Origin: Moniliella sp. 'wahieum'
Taxonomy: Eukaryota
Reading direction: 5' to 3'
DNA length: 64,000 nucleotides
Assembly (NCBI GenBank): GCA_003971905.1
Contig: RSEE01000058.1
Coordinates: 62,001 to 126,000, forward strand
How positions within the stretch are numbered: the stretch's first letter is position 1; each line of letters opens with the position of its first letter. The notes under the pieces were generated by a model. It did no database searches. It was not told the DNA's origin and was given only the letters and a program-made list of their open reading frames with translations. Both the position numbers and the translations under genes were made by a program. Positions 24,422-37,382 of the stretch are shown piece by piece.

Positions 24422-25435
24422 CTAGGACGATTGGAAACAGTGATGGGGTGTGTATATATCAGAGAAGATTGTGAGTTGAAGGATGAAATGCATGTTCAGC
24501 GCGCGAAGAGGAAGCGAGGTATGTACAGATATCCATCGCAAAGCGGATGAGTAGTAGTGCGGCGAATGGGGTGAAAAAAAGGTGGGATCCCATTCAATCA
24601 ATAGACCCACTTGGGGTAGCCGGCGGTCGCTTCCAAATTTCCAAGGACGGTTGCCTCGGTACATATTAGAAGGGGGCGAGCGTTGCCTGGTCAGTGAATT
24701 AACATTCCTGTTAACAAAGGCCGAGAAACGTGATGAAGACGAGCCATGCTTTTGAGCGCAGGAACTTGTAACTGGGCCCTTAAAGGGGTCTTCTGCTGCA
24801 GTGGCATCCAATGCGATCGTAATTGAGTCTGCGGATGAGTTCTTAGGCAAATTATCCTCAGATTCCCAAGCAGCGGACGCATCCCCGTCCTTAACTGTGG
24901 GATGCTTCACGTCTTCGTCCCAGTCCCAGTCCTTTTCTCTCTTCTTCTCATTTTTCTGCCCCGCTTCTTCCTCTTGTTCCTCCTCTTCTCTGGCAGGGCT
25001 GCGAGGCACGAGGGTATGTTCCGGAAGAGGAGTGGAGGAAATTGGTGCTGGTTGTTCTTGCGAATTCTCTTCCACACCTCCATTCTGGGAAAAGAAACGG
25101 AACAGGCGCCAGACATATGCCAGGAGCAATCTCCAAACAAATAGCATAACCTCGGCAAACATGATGCCCGCCTCCTTAGCGTTGCGGGGGAATTCCAACG
25201 TTCCTCTTCGTTCGATGAGAAAGGTGTGTACGGGGGCGGAGATTCCTCCTCCTCAATGCCCGGCCAGTAGACGCGAAGTCGGGTGGAATGCACTTTGCCC
25301 TTTTTCGGTGGCTTATGGAACAACTGCCTGAGGGGCAAGGACGGGTCACGTAGACTCTCGGTGTGTTGAGCGCGATGCTGACCACCTTGAATTTGTGACG
25401 ATGCGACTCTTCCGGCGGCTCAACGTCATAGGCAT
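24422..25435 (-). CDS. Hypothetical protein with a PPPY motif, one hydrophobic helix and an acidic stretch
   Basis: Overlapping ORFs 24907-25338 (EEEESPPPYTP) and 24422-25198 (IMFAEVMLFVWRLLLAYVW, EEEEQEEE) can be joined by one frameshift. No family recognised. Confidence 0.5.
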
Positions 25436-25971
25436 GATGTGTGACTGATGGGGAGCAATGGGGGAGGGGGGGGAGGGGGATTATATTAGGGTCTGCTTGG
25501 GCAGCAACGACGGAAGGGGGTGGGGGGCCAACGTACCGATCATCTCAAGTGTGTCCCCCGGCGCAATTCGGGCTAAGCTGGGGTTGACAGCGTACCGGTC
25601 GGGCAAGGTGACCATCATCTTGATTGCGACGGGGAGGGTGAGGGTTGAATAGCTTCACCACTTGCGTGAGGTCCCGGGTCAATGGGCCTATGTTGAATGG
25701 CAGGGGTTATAGTGGGTGCGAGATCACAACACAGGGCTGATGAAAGAGAAGGGGGAGAGGAAGGAGAGACGTACGAGGGAAAAACAAGGCATGGTGGCTT
25801 GGCTTCACTACCTCAACCGACATGGTGGTGGTGGTGGTTGGTAGTCGGGAACGCGTGGGGTTGCTGGGTTCAAGCTTCAAGAATGGCTAAAATGAGCGCA
25901 ACAGCAGCCGCTGCGGCCAGCGCCGCAGCCACGCGGAACTCCGGGGCGTCTCCATACTTAGCGCTTTTAAT

Positions 25972-26053
25972 GACAGTCGCAGGATGCCATAACGTTATAT
26001 TCTACTAGCCATATTAGGCTCTGCCTGCACAGGTTCGAAGCCTGCCATTGTCG
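25972..26053 (+). pseudogene. Degenerate tRNA-Ser-like sequence (82 nt)
   Basis: The 3' half GGCTCTGCCTGCACAGGTTCGAAGCCTGCCATTGTCG gives a long variable arm, a T-arm with B-box, an acceptor strand and a G discriminator, followed by TTTCTTTTT. The 5' GACAGT pairs with ATTGTC. The D-arm/A-box and anticodon arm are not recognisable. Confidence 0.55.
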
Positions 26054-27660
26054 TTTCTTTTTGCGCATTTCCCATCGTAACCCACCCTTCTAATTCCTTC
26101 GTCGGCTGGTATACGCCTAGACGATATGATCGCCTAATTGAGATCAAATCCAATGCCTCTTTTCCTCCTCGCATGTTACGGGGCGCTCCCCGGTTATCTC
26201 CGGACGCTGAGCCCCGCATGTCGTAGACATCCCAGCCCAACATGCGTCAGTCCGGTTAGACTAGCGAAGCCCCTGTCTCTTCACTCGCCATGTGCAGTAT
26301 ATGGATCTAGATGACCAGACGAAGCCCGATTCCTCGCACCCTCGCCTACACTGTCCCAATGCTTCTGCATCGAACGCGGCTGGTACGCTCAGCACGTCCA
26401 CGAGCCACCACCATCCTCATTCCCACTCCTACTTTGATGATTAAAGGGCGGAAGAGTAGATGGATCAGAGTTCGACGAAAGTGACCCAGAGCTATGTCCG
26501 TCGCCGACGAGGAGATACCACGGTAGGACGTACGATACACTCTGTCGGCGGAAAAGGATGGCAACAATAGCTGGGCATTTCAACTGGACACACCTACCAT
26601 GTCGCCTCATGCGGTGTTGGCACCATAAGTGCATACGTGCTTCGGGCCTCAAGTCGTCATTGTGACAGATCCAACTCACATGACAGCCTCAGTCTCACAA
26701 CAGTACTCGTCAAAGGATTCAGATCGCACCAATGTCGTCACTTGCCGCGCCGGAGACGAAGGCGAAGGAATAGGAAGGACCTCGATCAGGTCTGACCTTA
26801 TCCTCCTTTTCAGTCTCATGCCTTTCCTTGGAATGTGCATGCTACCTGATTTGAGAAACCCTGCATTCGGATTTTGTTTGAGCACACCCCCACGCCCCCT
26901 TTAGTCATGTATGCTCCTTCTCCCCGACCCCATCGCCCTCTCACATTCCCACTCTGCATCCTCCACTTCCCTTTCCGTTCGCACCGTCTACATCCTCTGG
27001 CTCTTGTCATTAAACGCGGTTGTGATCGCCCGAAATGAGGGCACAGAGGGCATCAAAGTCATCAGACATGACCTGAACCATCTCTGTCGCGTCGCTTGGG
27101 GACCACAGCCCCCAAGAAGGTCGCTAAGGGCTCCAACAACATTGTTTACCCGCTCAATTTTGCCCTTCCCACTCTTAGTACCACAACTAAAAGCAGAGAT
27201 GGTGTTTCCTCCGCTCCATCTCTCTGCCTGCAATCCGGCAGTGGGATGTGAAGCTTGCAGGACAAAACAATCAGTAGTTCGATGAATACACTCCATTCTG
27301 ACTATACTTTCCCTTTCCTTTCTTCCTGACCTTGTGGCCACATGGTGCTGACACTGTTTGAGCACGCCAGCAATGTGCAGAGTAAGGCTGCACATGGGAG
27401 TGATTTCTGCATCAAGGGCGACCAAGTTGTCGAAAAGAGCAAAAAAGATTACGACTGTCGTCACCCTCAAGTCCATCCAGCACACCCTGAGGTTGAGACA
27501 ATTCGACGTTCCTAGATCAACCGGGATTCAGAGCCCCCATTAGCAACGTCTCTCCTCTATCTGCTCCTTGACCCTCATCGTGCTCCACAGTTGCTCTTGC
27601 GATGCATGCATTTTTGGACGTGGTACCCTCGCGTCCAAGAAGGGTTTCTCAGCCAGCACA

Positions 27661-28651
27661 TTACCCGATGACAAGCTTGCCATCCGCATCGTTGAAGCTG
27701 TAAGTAGGAATTTCGAGGTTGAGCGGAGCAGGGCCTTGCGAATACGGCCGGAAATGTCATAGTGAGAACCGTGGCAGGCGGGCAGAACCATCCACCATAG
27801 TCGCCCGCCTCACCAATGGGAACGCACCCCAAGTGCGTGCAGACGCCGAGCATGACAAGCCATTCGGGGCGCTGCACACGCTGTTCGCGACTCTGGGTCC
27901 CGAAGCGAGGCAACGTCCACCGATTCGGCCTCCTTGATCTCTTCGAGTACGGTGGCGGACAAAGACGGGCTTGCCACGCCATTTGATCACGGCATTCTTA
28001 CCCAGCGGAATCGAATTCAGTTCCACCTCTACCTTGGCCATGGGAGAACGTCGGCGGAAGGACTAAGAGTGGCCAGGTAATCGTGCACACGATTTGCCCC
28101 CCGCTGCCGTCAGCACACCCAAAGAGCCAATGACAAAGTACGACAGGGTCTGGTTCGCCTGCGGGTCCTTGACTCGCACATCGTCGTAGTCCGGCACCTT
28201 GGGCGCAACACTCTTGGTCGACGTAGACATGTACCGCTGCCCCCCCAGGCTGCGGGACGGTTGGTGTTGAGCGCAGTTTTAAACGCACCGCTGGAGTCAG
28301 GCTACTTGCCCATTGGGCGGCGCCTCGTGCCGGGGGCCCATGCTCCCCATGGGCGGCAGACGGCAGCTGCAGGGGCGTCGTCTTGGGAATACCAGTAGCC
28401 GTGGCAGCGACACTGGGCCTGTTGAACAGACACGGTCAGCATGGCGCATGGATACACAAGGCCGCAAGAGCAGGAAGGCGGCTGAGTAGGCGCCACAACC
28501 TCGGGCCGGACGCGCGAGAAGAGTCGGGGCCAGGCGGAAAACGCAGGGGCGGGTGCATCGCACCAGGGCATGCGGACAATAGGAGCAGGATGGGGGAGCA
28601 CGTACGCCAGGTGAGGGGCTTCTTGAGCACGAAGCGCGTGAGGCTGGCCAT
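27661..28651 (-). CDS. RIP1: Ubiquinol-cytochrome c reductase Rieske iron-sulfur subunit
   Basis: [75 protein letters not shown], ending KLVIG*. Intron 28419-28605 is GTACGT...CTGAC...CAG. There are many single-base indels. Confidence 0.95.
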
Positions 28652-30797
28652 CTTCTGGAGGGTAGCAGGAAGGAAGAAGCTGGGGCTGGCTTGCTCACCA
28701 ACGCCTGGTTGCTGCGTGCATGGCCGCTGGGTGCTGCTGCTGGCGCCCAGCGCTCCAGCAGCCGGCATCTCGGTGGGGCCGCAGGCAGCACGGCGCCTGT
28801 ATGGTCCCAGCTTACAAATTCCGGCCTCAGACCCCGTGCTTGGCCCCGTACTGCGCCGCTATCCCGTTTCTAATCCCGCGAACCAGTCCGATTTGAACAT
28901 TTGCGCTGCGAGTACTGAATTGATTGCATTGCGTACGTAAGACAGGTGACAGTTGAAGCTGCGGGTTGGTTGCTCCGCCTCGCGGCGGAATTGGACGTAG
29001 CAACCGACCACAACCTTTTTCCCAGGCACAAACCTCCAAGTACTTAGTCACTGGTGAATTTCGCGTGACGCGTGACGTCGTATCAATCGTCCCAGCGTCC
29101 CTCCGCGCTGATCTTCACCGCGCTTCTGCACACCACTCGTTTCGGCAGCTTAACGCTTACCTACGTAATCGCATAGTCGGCAAGTAATTCATTGATCTAC
29201 TCCAACACAGTACGTATGGAGAGGAGGATATAAGCCCGTGTATGTAACGGAGGCATGAAGCCGAAGATGGTGAAGATTGGATCGAGGACGACTCAGGCTG
29301 AGTACTGAGTAGGCCTTGTTGAGTACGCAGACCCAGTTGAGAAGGATCATACTGTGTCTTTTCATGCAGCAAACGCTGCGTCTAATACGCCCTGCGCAAA
29401 AGCGCAAAGCCAATGCAGAGCGCAGATCATTCGACCAACACGGAGTACAGAGAGCACTGCGGATCGAATGCACGAGCTAGCGCACCAGCATACCTGGACG
29501 TTGGCTCAGCCAGCGGGATTGAGACGGAGGGTGGGGGCGATGTCATGCGCGTCATGGGTCTGGGTATAGGATCTCTAGGGCCTCATACTTCTGGGCGTAA
29601 AATAGCCCCAAGAGGCCGCAATATAGGCAGCTGATATTGTCGAGGATCGTTCGTATCGCTTCAAACAGGGCCGCAGCCAGCTGTAGCACAGACAATGCGC
29701 CGGCACCTAACCGGCATCACCGGTCACCGGTGGCTAGTTGCTAGTAACTAGTAACTAGTAAAGCTTAAAGCCATTGCTAGACTAGTTAGCGCTTCGCGCT
29801 TATATTTACGCAACCACACTACATGGGGTTGCCTGGCATGCGTCGCGTCGCATGTCGCATGTCATGCATATCACAGGTTGTCACATGTGCTGTGGCGCTG
29901 TGCCTCCGGAGGCCTACGCACTATGGCGGCTAGACTAGAACGACGGCCCTCTATGTGGCAGCAGACAGACGAGGGAGAACTAGCTGAACTATCGACGATC
30001 GATGATCGCATATAAGGCGCTGGGTCGAAGCAGGCAGTGCGCTGGTGCCACAGGCGGATGCACTGGCCAGAACCCGGAGCGCTAGCGACGTCGATCCCCG
30101 AACGCCACATGCGGGCGGAAACCCAACAGGCCGCAGTAGGTCGCTCTGGGGAGCTGGAAGCTTGAACATCGTCCCGCTCGTCCCCGCCCGCTCGCCACTG
30201 TTCCGATGGACCGCCGATCACCAGACTGCAGCACAGCACCGGTGTGAATGCAGTTTTTTTGCCATCCGCATGGGGTCAGGACGTCGGCCGGCCGCTGCGC
30301 TTTGCTTCGCTTCCGCCCCGCACTGGAATCGGTGACCGTCATCGATGGTCAGGACGAGATGGGCAAGAGGCTAGTCAAGTGCTAGTGACGAGCACTGGGG
30401 ACGCGTGATGCGTGGCAAGGCACGGGGCGAGAGGTTGCAAGGGGCCCAACGACGCAGCGCGGCAGAGGAAGCGCTAATAACCAGTAGCTAGCAACTGCGC
30501 TCCCGCTCAGCGCTCAGCGTGAGCGCTGGCTCGGCTGAGCCCCCGTGCGTCCCGCCCCACTCCGCCCCGCAATCGGCAATGGAACAGTGGGCTGGTGCCG
30601 GGTCCGGTGGCTGGTGAGCTGTTCCCGCTGACCGGTGAGCGGCGACCAGTGGGCACAGCCAGACGCCCCCGCCAGTCTGAAAGACTTGGGCAGCGCCGAC
30701 TGCCTACCGCCTGCACCCCCATCCACCTTCTGCGTCGCCCACCACCACCACCGCGCCCCTCACTTCACCCCCTTCCCACGTTCTTTTGCTCGGCGCG

Positions 30798-32319
30798 ATG
30801 CGTGCTGTGCTGCCGCTTGCCCTTGTCCTCGCTGTCGTGCTGGCCGCCCTGGCTGCGGCCATGCCTTCGCCCGATGCCTTCGCCCAGCCCAACCGTGAGC
30901 CGAGGGCGTGCAGGCTGTCCGCCGCGCCTCGATTGCCCCCCGAGCGTCTAACAATGTGACCTACCCCCTCCCCACTCCGACCCCTTCTACCTCCGCCCGG
31001 CCAACATTAGTCTCTACAAGCCCGGCGATGTCATCCGCACCCGTGTCATCCAGCCCGAGTACCAGGTCAGCGGTGCCGGCCGTACCACCCAGATCCTCTA
31101 CCGCACCGCACCACCAACCCAGGGTCACCCCTCGGCCACCGTGACGACTGCCATCGAACCCGCCAGCGGCTCGCCCCCGCGCATGATGTCCTACCACATC
31201 TGGGAAGACTCGACCAACCGTGACTGTGCTCCCTCCTACACCATCCTCCTCGGCAACGATGCGCCCAACATCATGGTACTCGGTACGTGATCCCTCTCTC
31301 TTCCATTGCTGCCTTCATGCTAAATCATCTTCGGCTTGTAGGTGACGATGTGCCGGTGTGGTTCGACTTTTTGCTGTCGAAAGGCATCACGGTCGTCGTG
31401 CCCGACTATGAAGGCCCCAAATCTGCGTTGTTTGCCGGATTCCAGGCTGGCTATGCCATTCTGGACTCGGCTCGTGCCGTCAGGAACTACCTCAAATGGC
31501 CTGCAGACGCCAAGGTTACCATGACGGGCTACTCGGAAGGTGCACATGTGACCTGCTGGGCCGCCAACTTGGCCCCGTCGTATGCACCTGACCTCAACAT
31601 TGTTGGCACTTCGCATGGAGGCACGCCAATCGACATGGAGCTTACGCTGCGTCACTTTGACAACACGTCCTTCTCTGGATTCACGCTTGGTGGCATGCAC
31701 GGCATGATGGCTGCTTACCCCAAATTCAACCGTACCATTACCCAGCATGCTCAACAGCGCGTCCTCACCGACCTGGCCACCATCTACGCGCCTCCTGTCT
31801 GCCATGCGATCTTGCGTGGCGCCGCCTACGCCAACATTCCTTACATGGAAATGCTCAACCTGCCCAGTGGAGATCCCTACAACGATCCTGTCGTGCGTGC
31901 TGTTTTGAACCGGGAAACAATGTGGAGTAACAAGTCCTCCGTGGTGGTTGGATACCCCAAGTTCCCCGTATGATCTATCAAGGCCGGAATGACGATGTTA
32001 TCAGCTACGCTGCCGTCCAGGCCTACGTCGACCAACAGTGCCAGCACGGCGCTAACATTCAGTTTAACATTTACGAAGCCAACGCCCACACGGCTCCGCA
32101 ACTTGTCATTGGCGGAGACCTGAATGCCATGCTGTTCACGCTCCAGGTGTTGGAGTTGGACGGCCAAGTCTTCGTGCCCGTACCGTGTGGATCACCCTCA
32201 CCCACCTTGCTCAACCTGTTGACATTGGGCGTCGACGACCTGCTCGGTGGCAACATTCTTGCTGCCTTCCAACGCTTTGGAACCAAGGCCAAACCGTGCT
32301 GGGCAGCATTGGCTTGTAA
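30798..32319 (+). CDS. Secreted lipase, LIP/CalA family
   Basis: Signal peptide MRAVLPLALVLAVVLAALAAA; YQILYR; MMSYHIWEDSTNRDCAPSY; VVVPDYEGP; nucleophile motif GYSEG; APSYAPDLNIVG; PKFP; YQGRNDDVI. Intron 31283-31341. Several frameshifts. Confidence 0.9.
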
Positions 32320-32689
32320 TCCCGTTTTCTTTTTCTTCCTTTTGTTTGAACTGTATCCACTCCACCCTCTCTCGTAACACCCCCCTTGTTCTTGTTTCTT
32401 TTTGCTCTGCCTGTGCACAGCCACATTTTTATCCTTTTGGTCGTCTTGTCACATGTCATTGCTACTTCTCGAGTGGTCTATGCCTTCCATAGCCACCTCT
32501 GATGGTAGCTAGGGCTGAACTGCTGTTGGTTTATCCCTCGGACATTTGATTCAAATTAAAGCCAGTTTCTGGTTAACTGTATGAATGTGCGTGGACTTGG
32601 CAGATGATAACGAGAAGAAGTACCGCCTACCACTGTAGGCATTCTTGGGCAGCTCACTCGTTCACTTTGAAAATACTGACACGGAGAAA

Positions 32690-33270
32690 GTGTGCAAATG
32701 TTGTTGAGCCGACCTATAACCGAGCTGCCGCCCTACTATATGTCGGAAGAGAGCGGCACCCCGACCTCGTATGTGCTGGCTCATGCTGGGGTCGCAAGTA
32801 TTGCCACGGAGACGATAAAGAGAGTTGGGGCGTTTGATACAAACGCACCTTGCCAAATACAGTACGGCAGTGTCAGGAGACGGAGGTGGGGGCAGGGAAG
32901 CAGATGGATTACATACATCTATGGACGCAGAGGAGGTATATGACCTCCTCAGGAAGGGGGCACAGTCGAGAGGTGGACACAGGATCTCCCAACTGATAGG
33001 AGTCACGCCATAGTGCCCATACGGGCCTAGTGGGCAAGGGCCCCCTAGCACTGTATGATTCTGACAGGCAGCGATTGTTTGGCCGACGGGCTGTTCCGGT
33101 TGACTTCTGCAGAATGGTCGCACCCCCTCTCACACGCTGCCGCGTTTTCGCAGCATCGGATCTTGTTCGTAAATGGCCTCTCCGGCAAGTTCCAAGTCAT
33201 CTCCCCTCTCTTCTTAGGATGCGCCCTTCTGCTCTGCCCTCCGCTGTCGTGGTAACGTCAGAGAACATAT
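32690..33270 (+). pseudogene. Possible decayed kinesin-motor fragment
   Basis: GDGGGGREADGLHTSMDAEEVYDLLRKGAQSR is followed, after a frame change, by DRSHAIV (switch-I-like SSRSHAI). No intact P-loop or DLAGSE was found. Confidence 0.35.
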
Positions 33271-35400
33271 AAATCCCATGCTTTTCCTTCATAGTCTCTC
33301 GTGCAGTGTGTATCTCTCCTAAGAACAAAACAACTTTGATTCCCTCATTGCTCCAAAGGGCTTCGTCGGTCATACATGGAGAATCGGCTCGATAAAAATG
33401 GTGTGATCCGTGCAGGTACTCGCACTATATTCAATTTTAGGAGACCAACGCACCAGTGTGCCAACAGCAAAAGGAGATACGGATTTGGCCATTTGGCGAT
33501 GCCGGCCACACTAATGTGGCCTATACTTTGTGGTGGGCGTGGACTGCATCAGCAACTTGTTGGACGAGCCCTGCTGGGACATGTGACCTGCGCTTCCCCT
33601 GCCTTCCTACTCCCATAATTAACGCATCTCCCCGCATCAACAAGCTGTTGTTACTAGAGTGCGGCTTAGGAGCACTCGCGACCCTATGGATCGGCTGCAA
33701 AGCAGCCTTCAGACAAGGCGTGAAGGCAAAGTGGTGAGCCACAAATCTTCAAGCAACGTCTGAAGGGAAGGAGAAGGAGAGAGAGAAAAGGGATGGAGCG
33801 AGCAGGGCGTGCTCGGCCTGCTAGGGGAACTCTTCAGCCCGGCTAAGCGAGCATCACCGATCCACTGAGGACCGTGCAGGGGACCCCTAGCACTACCCTC
33901 TAACAGCTGTAGGAAGAGAGCTTCTTTCCGCGTGACTGTTGACAACCACACTTAACACAGTCAACAGATGTGTGGCTCTCGCAGCAAAGCCCGTGGCACG
34001 TGACGTTGCCCGTTGCCCACAGCGCATTTCTATAAGTCACTCGAAGCTTGATGTATGATGCATGGTGACTGTTGCCATCAATCGATGGGTTGGGCATCTG
34101 CGCCCCACCCTCGAGACTGTTGCAGGCGATGCTGGGATTCTTGGACCGCTGATCTAGACATCATGATACAGTCCACGACGGCGGGCTTGAACATTGTGAT
34201 CCTGTGACTCTCCCCATATCACTCACCATCAGCGGTGTGGGGTGGGTGACCGGTGAGGCCGAAGGCCGAAGGCCTGGCTAAGGCCTATAGCTAAGGTGTG
34301 CGCGACGTTTTAGCTTTGGCTATCGCATGCGCCGGAGACTGAACCTCGCCTCAGCGCCATCGCTCAGCCTGAGATGTTGTGCTGCAGCTGTGGCGGTCAC
34401 TGGGGCGATAATAGGCCTCCTCTGGGTCCTCTGCAGTGGATTTGGTGGACCCTACTGAGCACTACTATAACCTGTGGGCCGAACACGGGAAGGAGGATGC
34501 TGCGGCGTAGTGCCAGACACTGTATTTAAAAAAGGTGCGGAAGCGCTGCCTCGTTTCGGATGGGAGTAAACTAATGCCTGGCAGTATATAGGGCTTGACG
34601 AACAGCGCTATAGTGCTTCTGCTGCTTCGAATATGCCCCCGCCGCCTTTGAATTTCATGCAAGCACATGCCCTGTTGTGTTGGGTTGCGGTGCAAGCGTC
34701 GAAGAGAAACGCACAACAGTCCAACAGGACGGATGCACGCTGCTCTTCCGTGAGGAGAAGAGCAGACCCTATAAAGGGGGGACCACCGGACACTCAAGTG
34801 ACTACCTAAGGCCACGACAGGCAGGGCGACTAAGAGTGACTGGTGTTTGGCGGGCGGCGGGCGCAGACTGATGCCCCAGTGACATCATTATATTGATGTG
34901 AGTAGGCAAGGCAACATCGCAGAGAGACGCCACAGCCTACGCTCTCGTAAATGGCTCATTTAAAACCCAGCACCCTGTGATGCACATGCGAAGGCACCGT
35001 CTTGTTGCAGCACAAGGGCGCACACCCACGATGCTCTCCCAGCAGCAATGTGGTGATCCAGGTTGGTCAATGTGCGGGGAAGGGACGGGGCAGTACGGCC
35101 CTAATACCGTTGACAGCATCGTCCGGGCGGGGGCACAAGCACAGCTGCGTGAGCTTCCGTGGGCAACGGTTGGAGCCAAGGCAGACGCGGAGGGTCAGCG
35201 CTCAGCCTGGCTCCCGCTCAGGCCGCACCGTCCCGCCCCCCCTCCATATATTGGCAGTGCCAGATCAGTGCAGGCACCTCTCTCACTTGTAACACCACCA
35301 CCACCGCTTCCCGCTGCAAGAGCAATTCCCTGCCTTTGAACCAGTAGATCTAACGCCCCCAAGGCCGCCTCCCCCATCAAATACGATCCACTATCGAACC

Positions 35401-36960
35401 ATGGTGCCTGCCCACGGCCGTTTCACAGCCTTGGCCAAACCCCCTACGTCCCGATGGGAGACGACACCGGTCCCCACACAGTGAGGTGCGCTACATCCCC
35501 CAGCATCGCCGCCTTGGCCAGGGTGGATTCGGCACAGTGTCGCTCGCCAGGCGCTCGTCTGACCAGGCTCTGGTTGCGATAAAAAAAGTCCGCTTCGAGA
35601 CCCCCCAAGGCGGCTCTCCCGACAGCGAGGAGCGGGCGCGGCTCGAGTCCGAAATCCGGACACTCTATGCGCTGGCGCCGCACAAAAACATCATAGGCCT
35701 CAGTGCCACTTGGTTCAACCCTGCCACAAAGTAAGTCTGACTTCTCTGTCGCCCCGTGTCTCCTATAACGGGGAAATGGTTGTTGAATGCCAGCAGTTCG
35801 CCCCTCTCTCTTATGGATGAGTCGAAAGCTAACAGTATTACAGTGTCTGCTCCCTGTGTTCGAATATGCCTCTGGAGGGTCGTTAGATGGGCTTATTTCC
35901 GCGCATCGAAACCAAGCAAACGGGCACGCATTGGCCGGGCTGGATGTCAGTCTGGTGCGATCGCTGTTGCTCCAGCTCCTGCAAGCAATCGACGCTTGCC
36001 ACAACTACACCGATCCCATCACGGGCGAGCAGAGCGTCATCCTTCATTGCGATCTCAAGCCGGCCAACATCCTTCTGGACCAGCGCATGCGACTCAAGCT
36101 CGCTGACTTTGGTATGAGCTCTCGTACCCACGCGGCTGTCTCGGTGCCGCCTGGCCCGGTGGCACCGAATACTACCTTGCTCCGGAGCTGGTCGTTCCTC
36201 CGGCCAAGACGCAGAGGACCGCGACCCCGGCGACGGACATGTACGCGATTGGGTGCATCGTGTACGAAATGTGCACCTTCTCCCGCCTCATTCGTCCCGG
36301 CCCCGGTGGCAGAGCGGTGCGTGCCGAACCGGTCTTACCCAAAGGGTACCCACCCTGGTTGGTCGAGGTGGTACAGTACCTGGTGAAAAAGGAGGCAAGC
36401 CAACGTCCCCCCGCTCGCCAGATCTTGGCGCTGGAGGTGATGAAAGCAGAGGAACAACAACTGGCCCTCGTCCACGCCAAAGCCGATGCTGCAGACCAGA
36501 TTGTCAAATGGGAGAAAATGGGCCTTCTCCAGGAAAATATGTCCCCCTCTGCGACGCCCAATGTGCCGGTCCAGCGGCAAAAGAACGAGCAAGCGCTTCT
36601 TTGTTCGTCCCCGACAAGTGGAGCAGTGACTTCTGGGACTCTGCCTATGACAATGCGTCACTCACGGCCCTACGGCGCGAGCTTGCAAAGTACATTAAGG
36701 CTAATGACGATGTAGGGGAGGAGCTCAAGGCTCTGGACAAACTGAAGCAGGAAGTGGACGACGCTTACGAGGCCGTTGTCTCCATCGGACGCCGTGGTGC
36801 TGAATGGTTCCAAAGGGTCCGCACCCAGATGGACAAAGAACGGGCCCGAGCCGAGGAGGCGCTTCAGATGGACAAGATCATCCGCGGGATGTGCCACCGG
36901 CTCGACTGCATTGAAGTTAATGTACAGCAGAACGAACTTGCCCTGCCTGACGCCAACTAA
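35401..36960 (+). CDS. Ser/Thr protein kinase, NEK/NIMA-like, non-RD, with a C-terminal coiled coil
   Basis: LGQGGFGTV, VAIKK, HKNII, FEYASGGSL, ILHCDLKPANILLD, KLADFG, GTEYYLAPE, DMYAIGCIVYEMC, and a helical charged tail. Intron about 35731-35843 (GTAAGT...CTAAC...CAG). Frameshifted. Confidence 0.88.
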
Positions 36961-37382
36961 GCGTCCTTTTCCCATTCCCTCTTCTTACTACTACATATAC
37001 CACAAGGTTCGGTTTTGGCTTTGGCTCACTCTCGACATATGATTATATGTAAACTAAAACAACTAGTGTCTCTCTCGCCTCTCGATGATTGGAATCTGTA
37101 TCCCTTTTTTGTGACCGCACACGATGGTATTCTTACATAGCTGCTACTATATATGGTGTACTACTAGTTGTAAAAGTATGAGGGTTTGTAGATCATTGAG
37201 TATACACCACTATATTGTCGCTGCCTGTGGAGTGGGGCTCTCTTTCTCCAACAGGAAAGATGATGGTCTACTAGCATAATATCATAAGGAAGATGTATTT
37301 CGCCAGCAGTATTTTATACTAAGTCAAGAGGATTTAGTGATGGGAGTGTACACGAGTGAGAAATACGGATGTGGAAAGGAAA

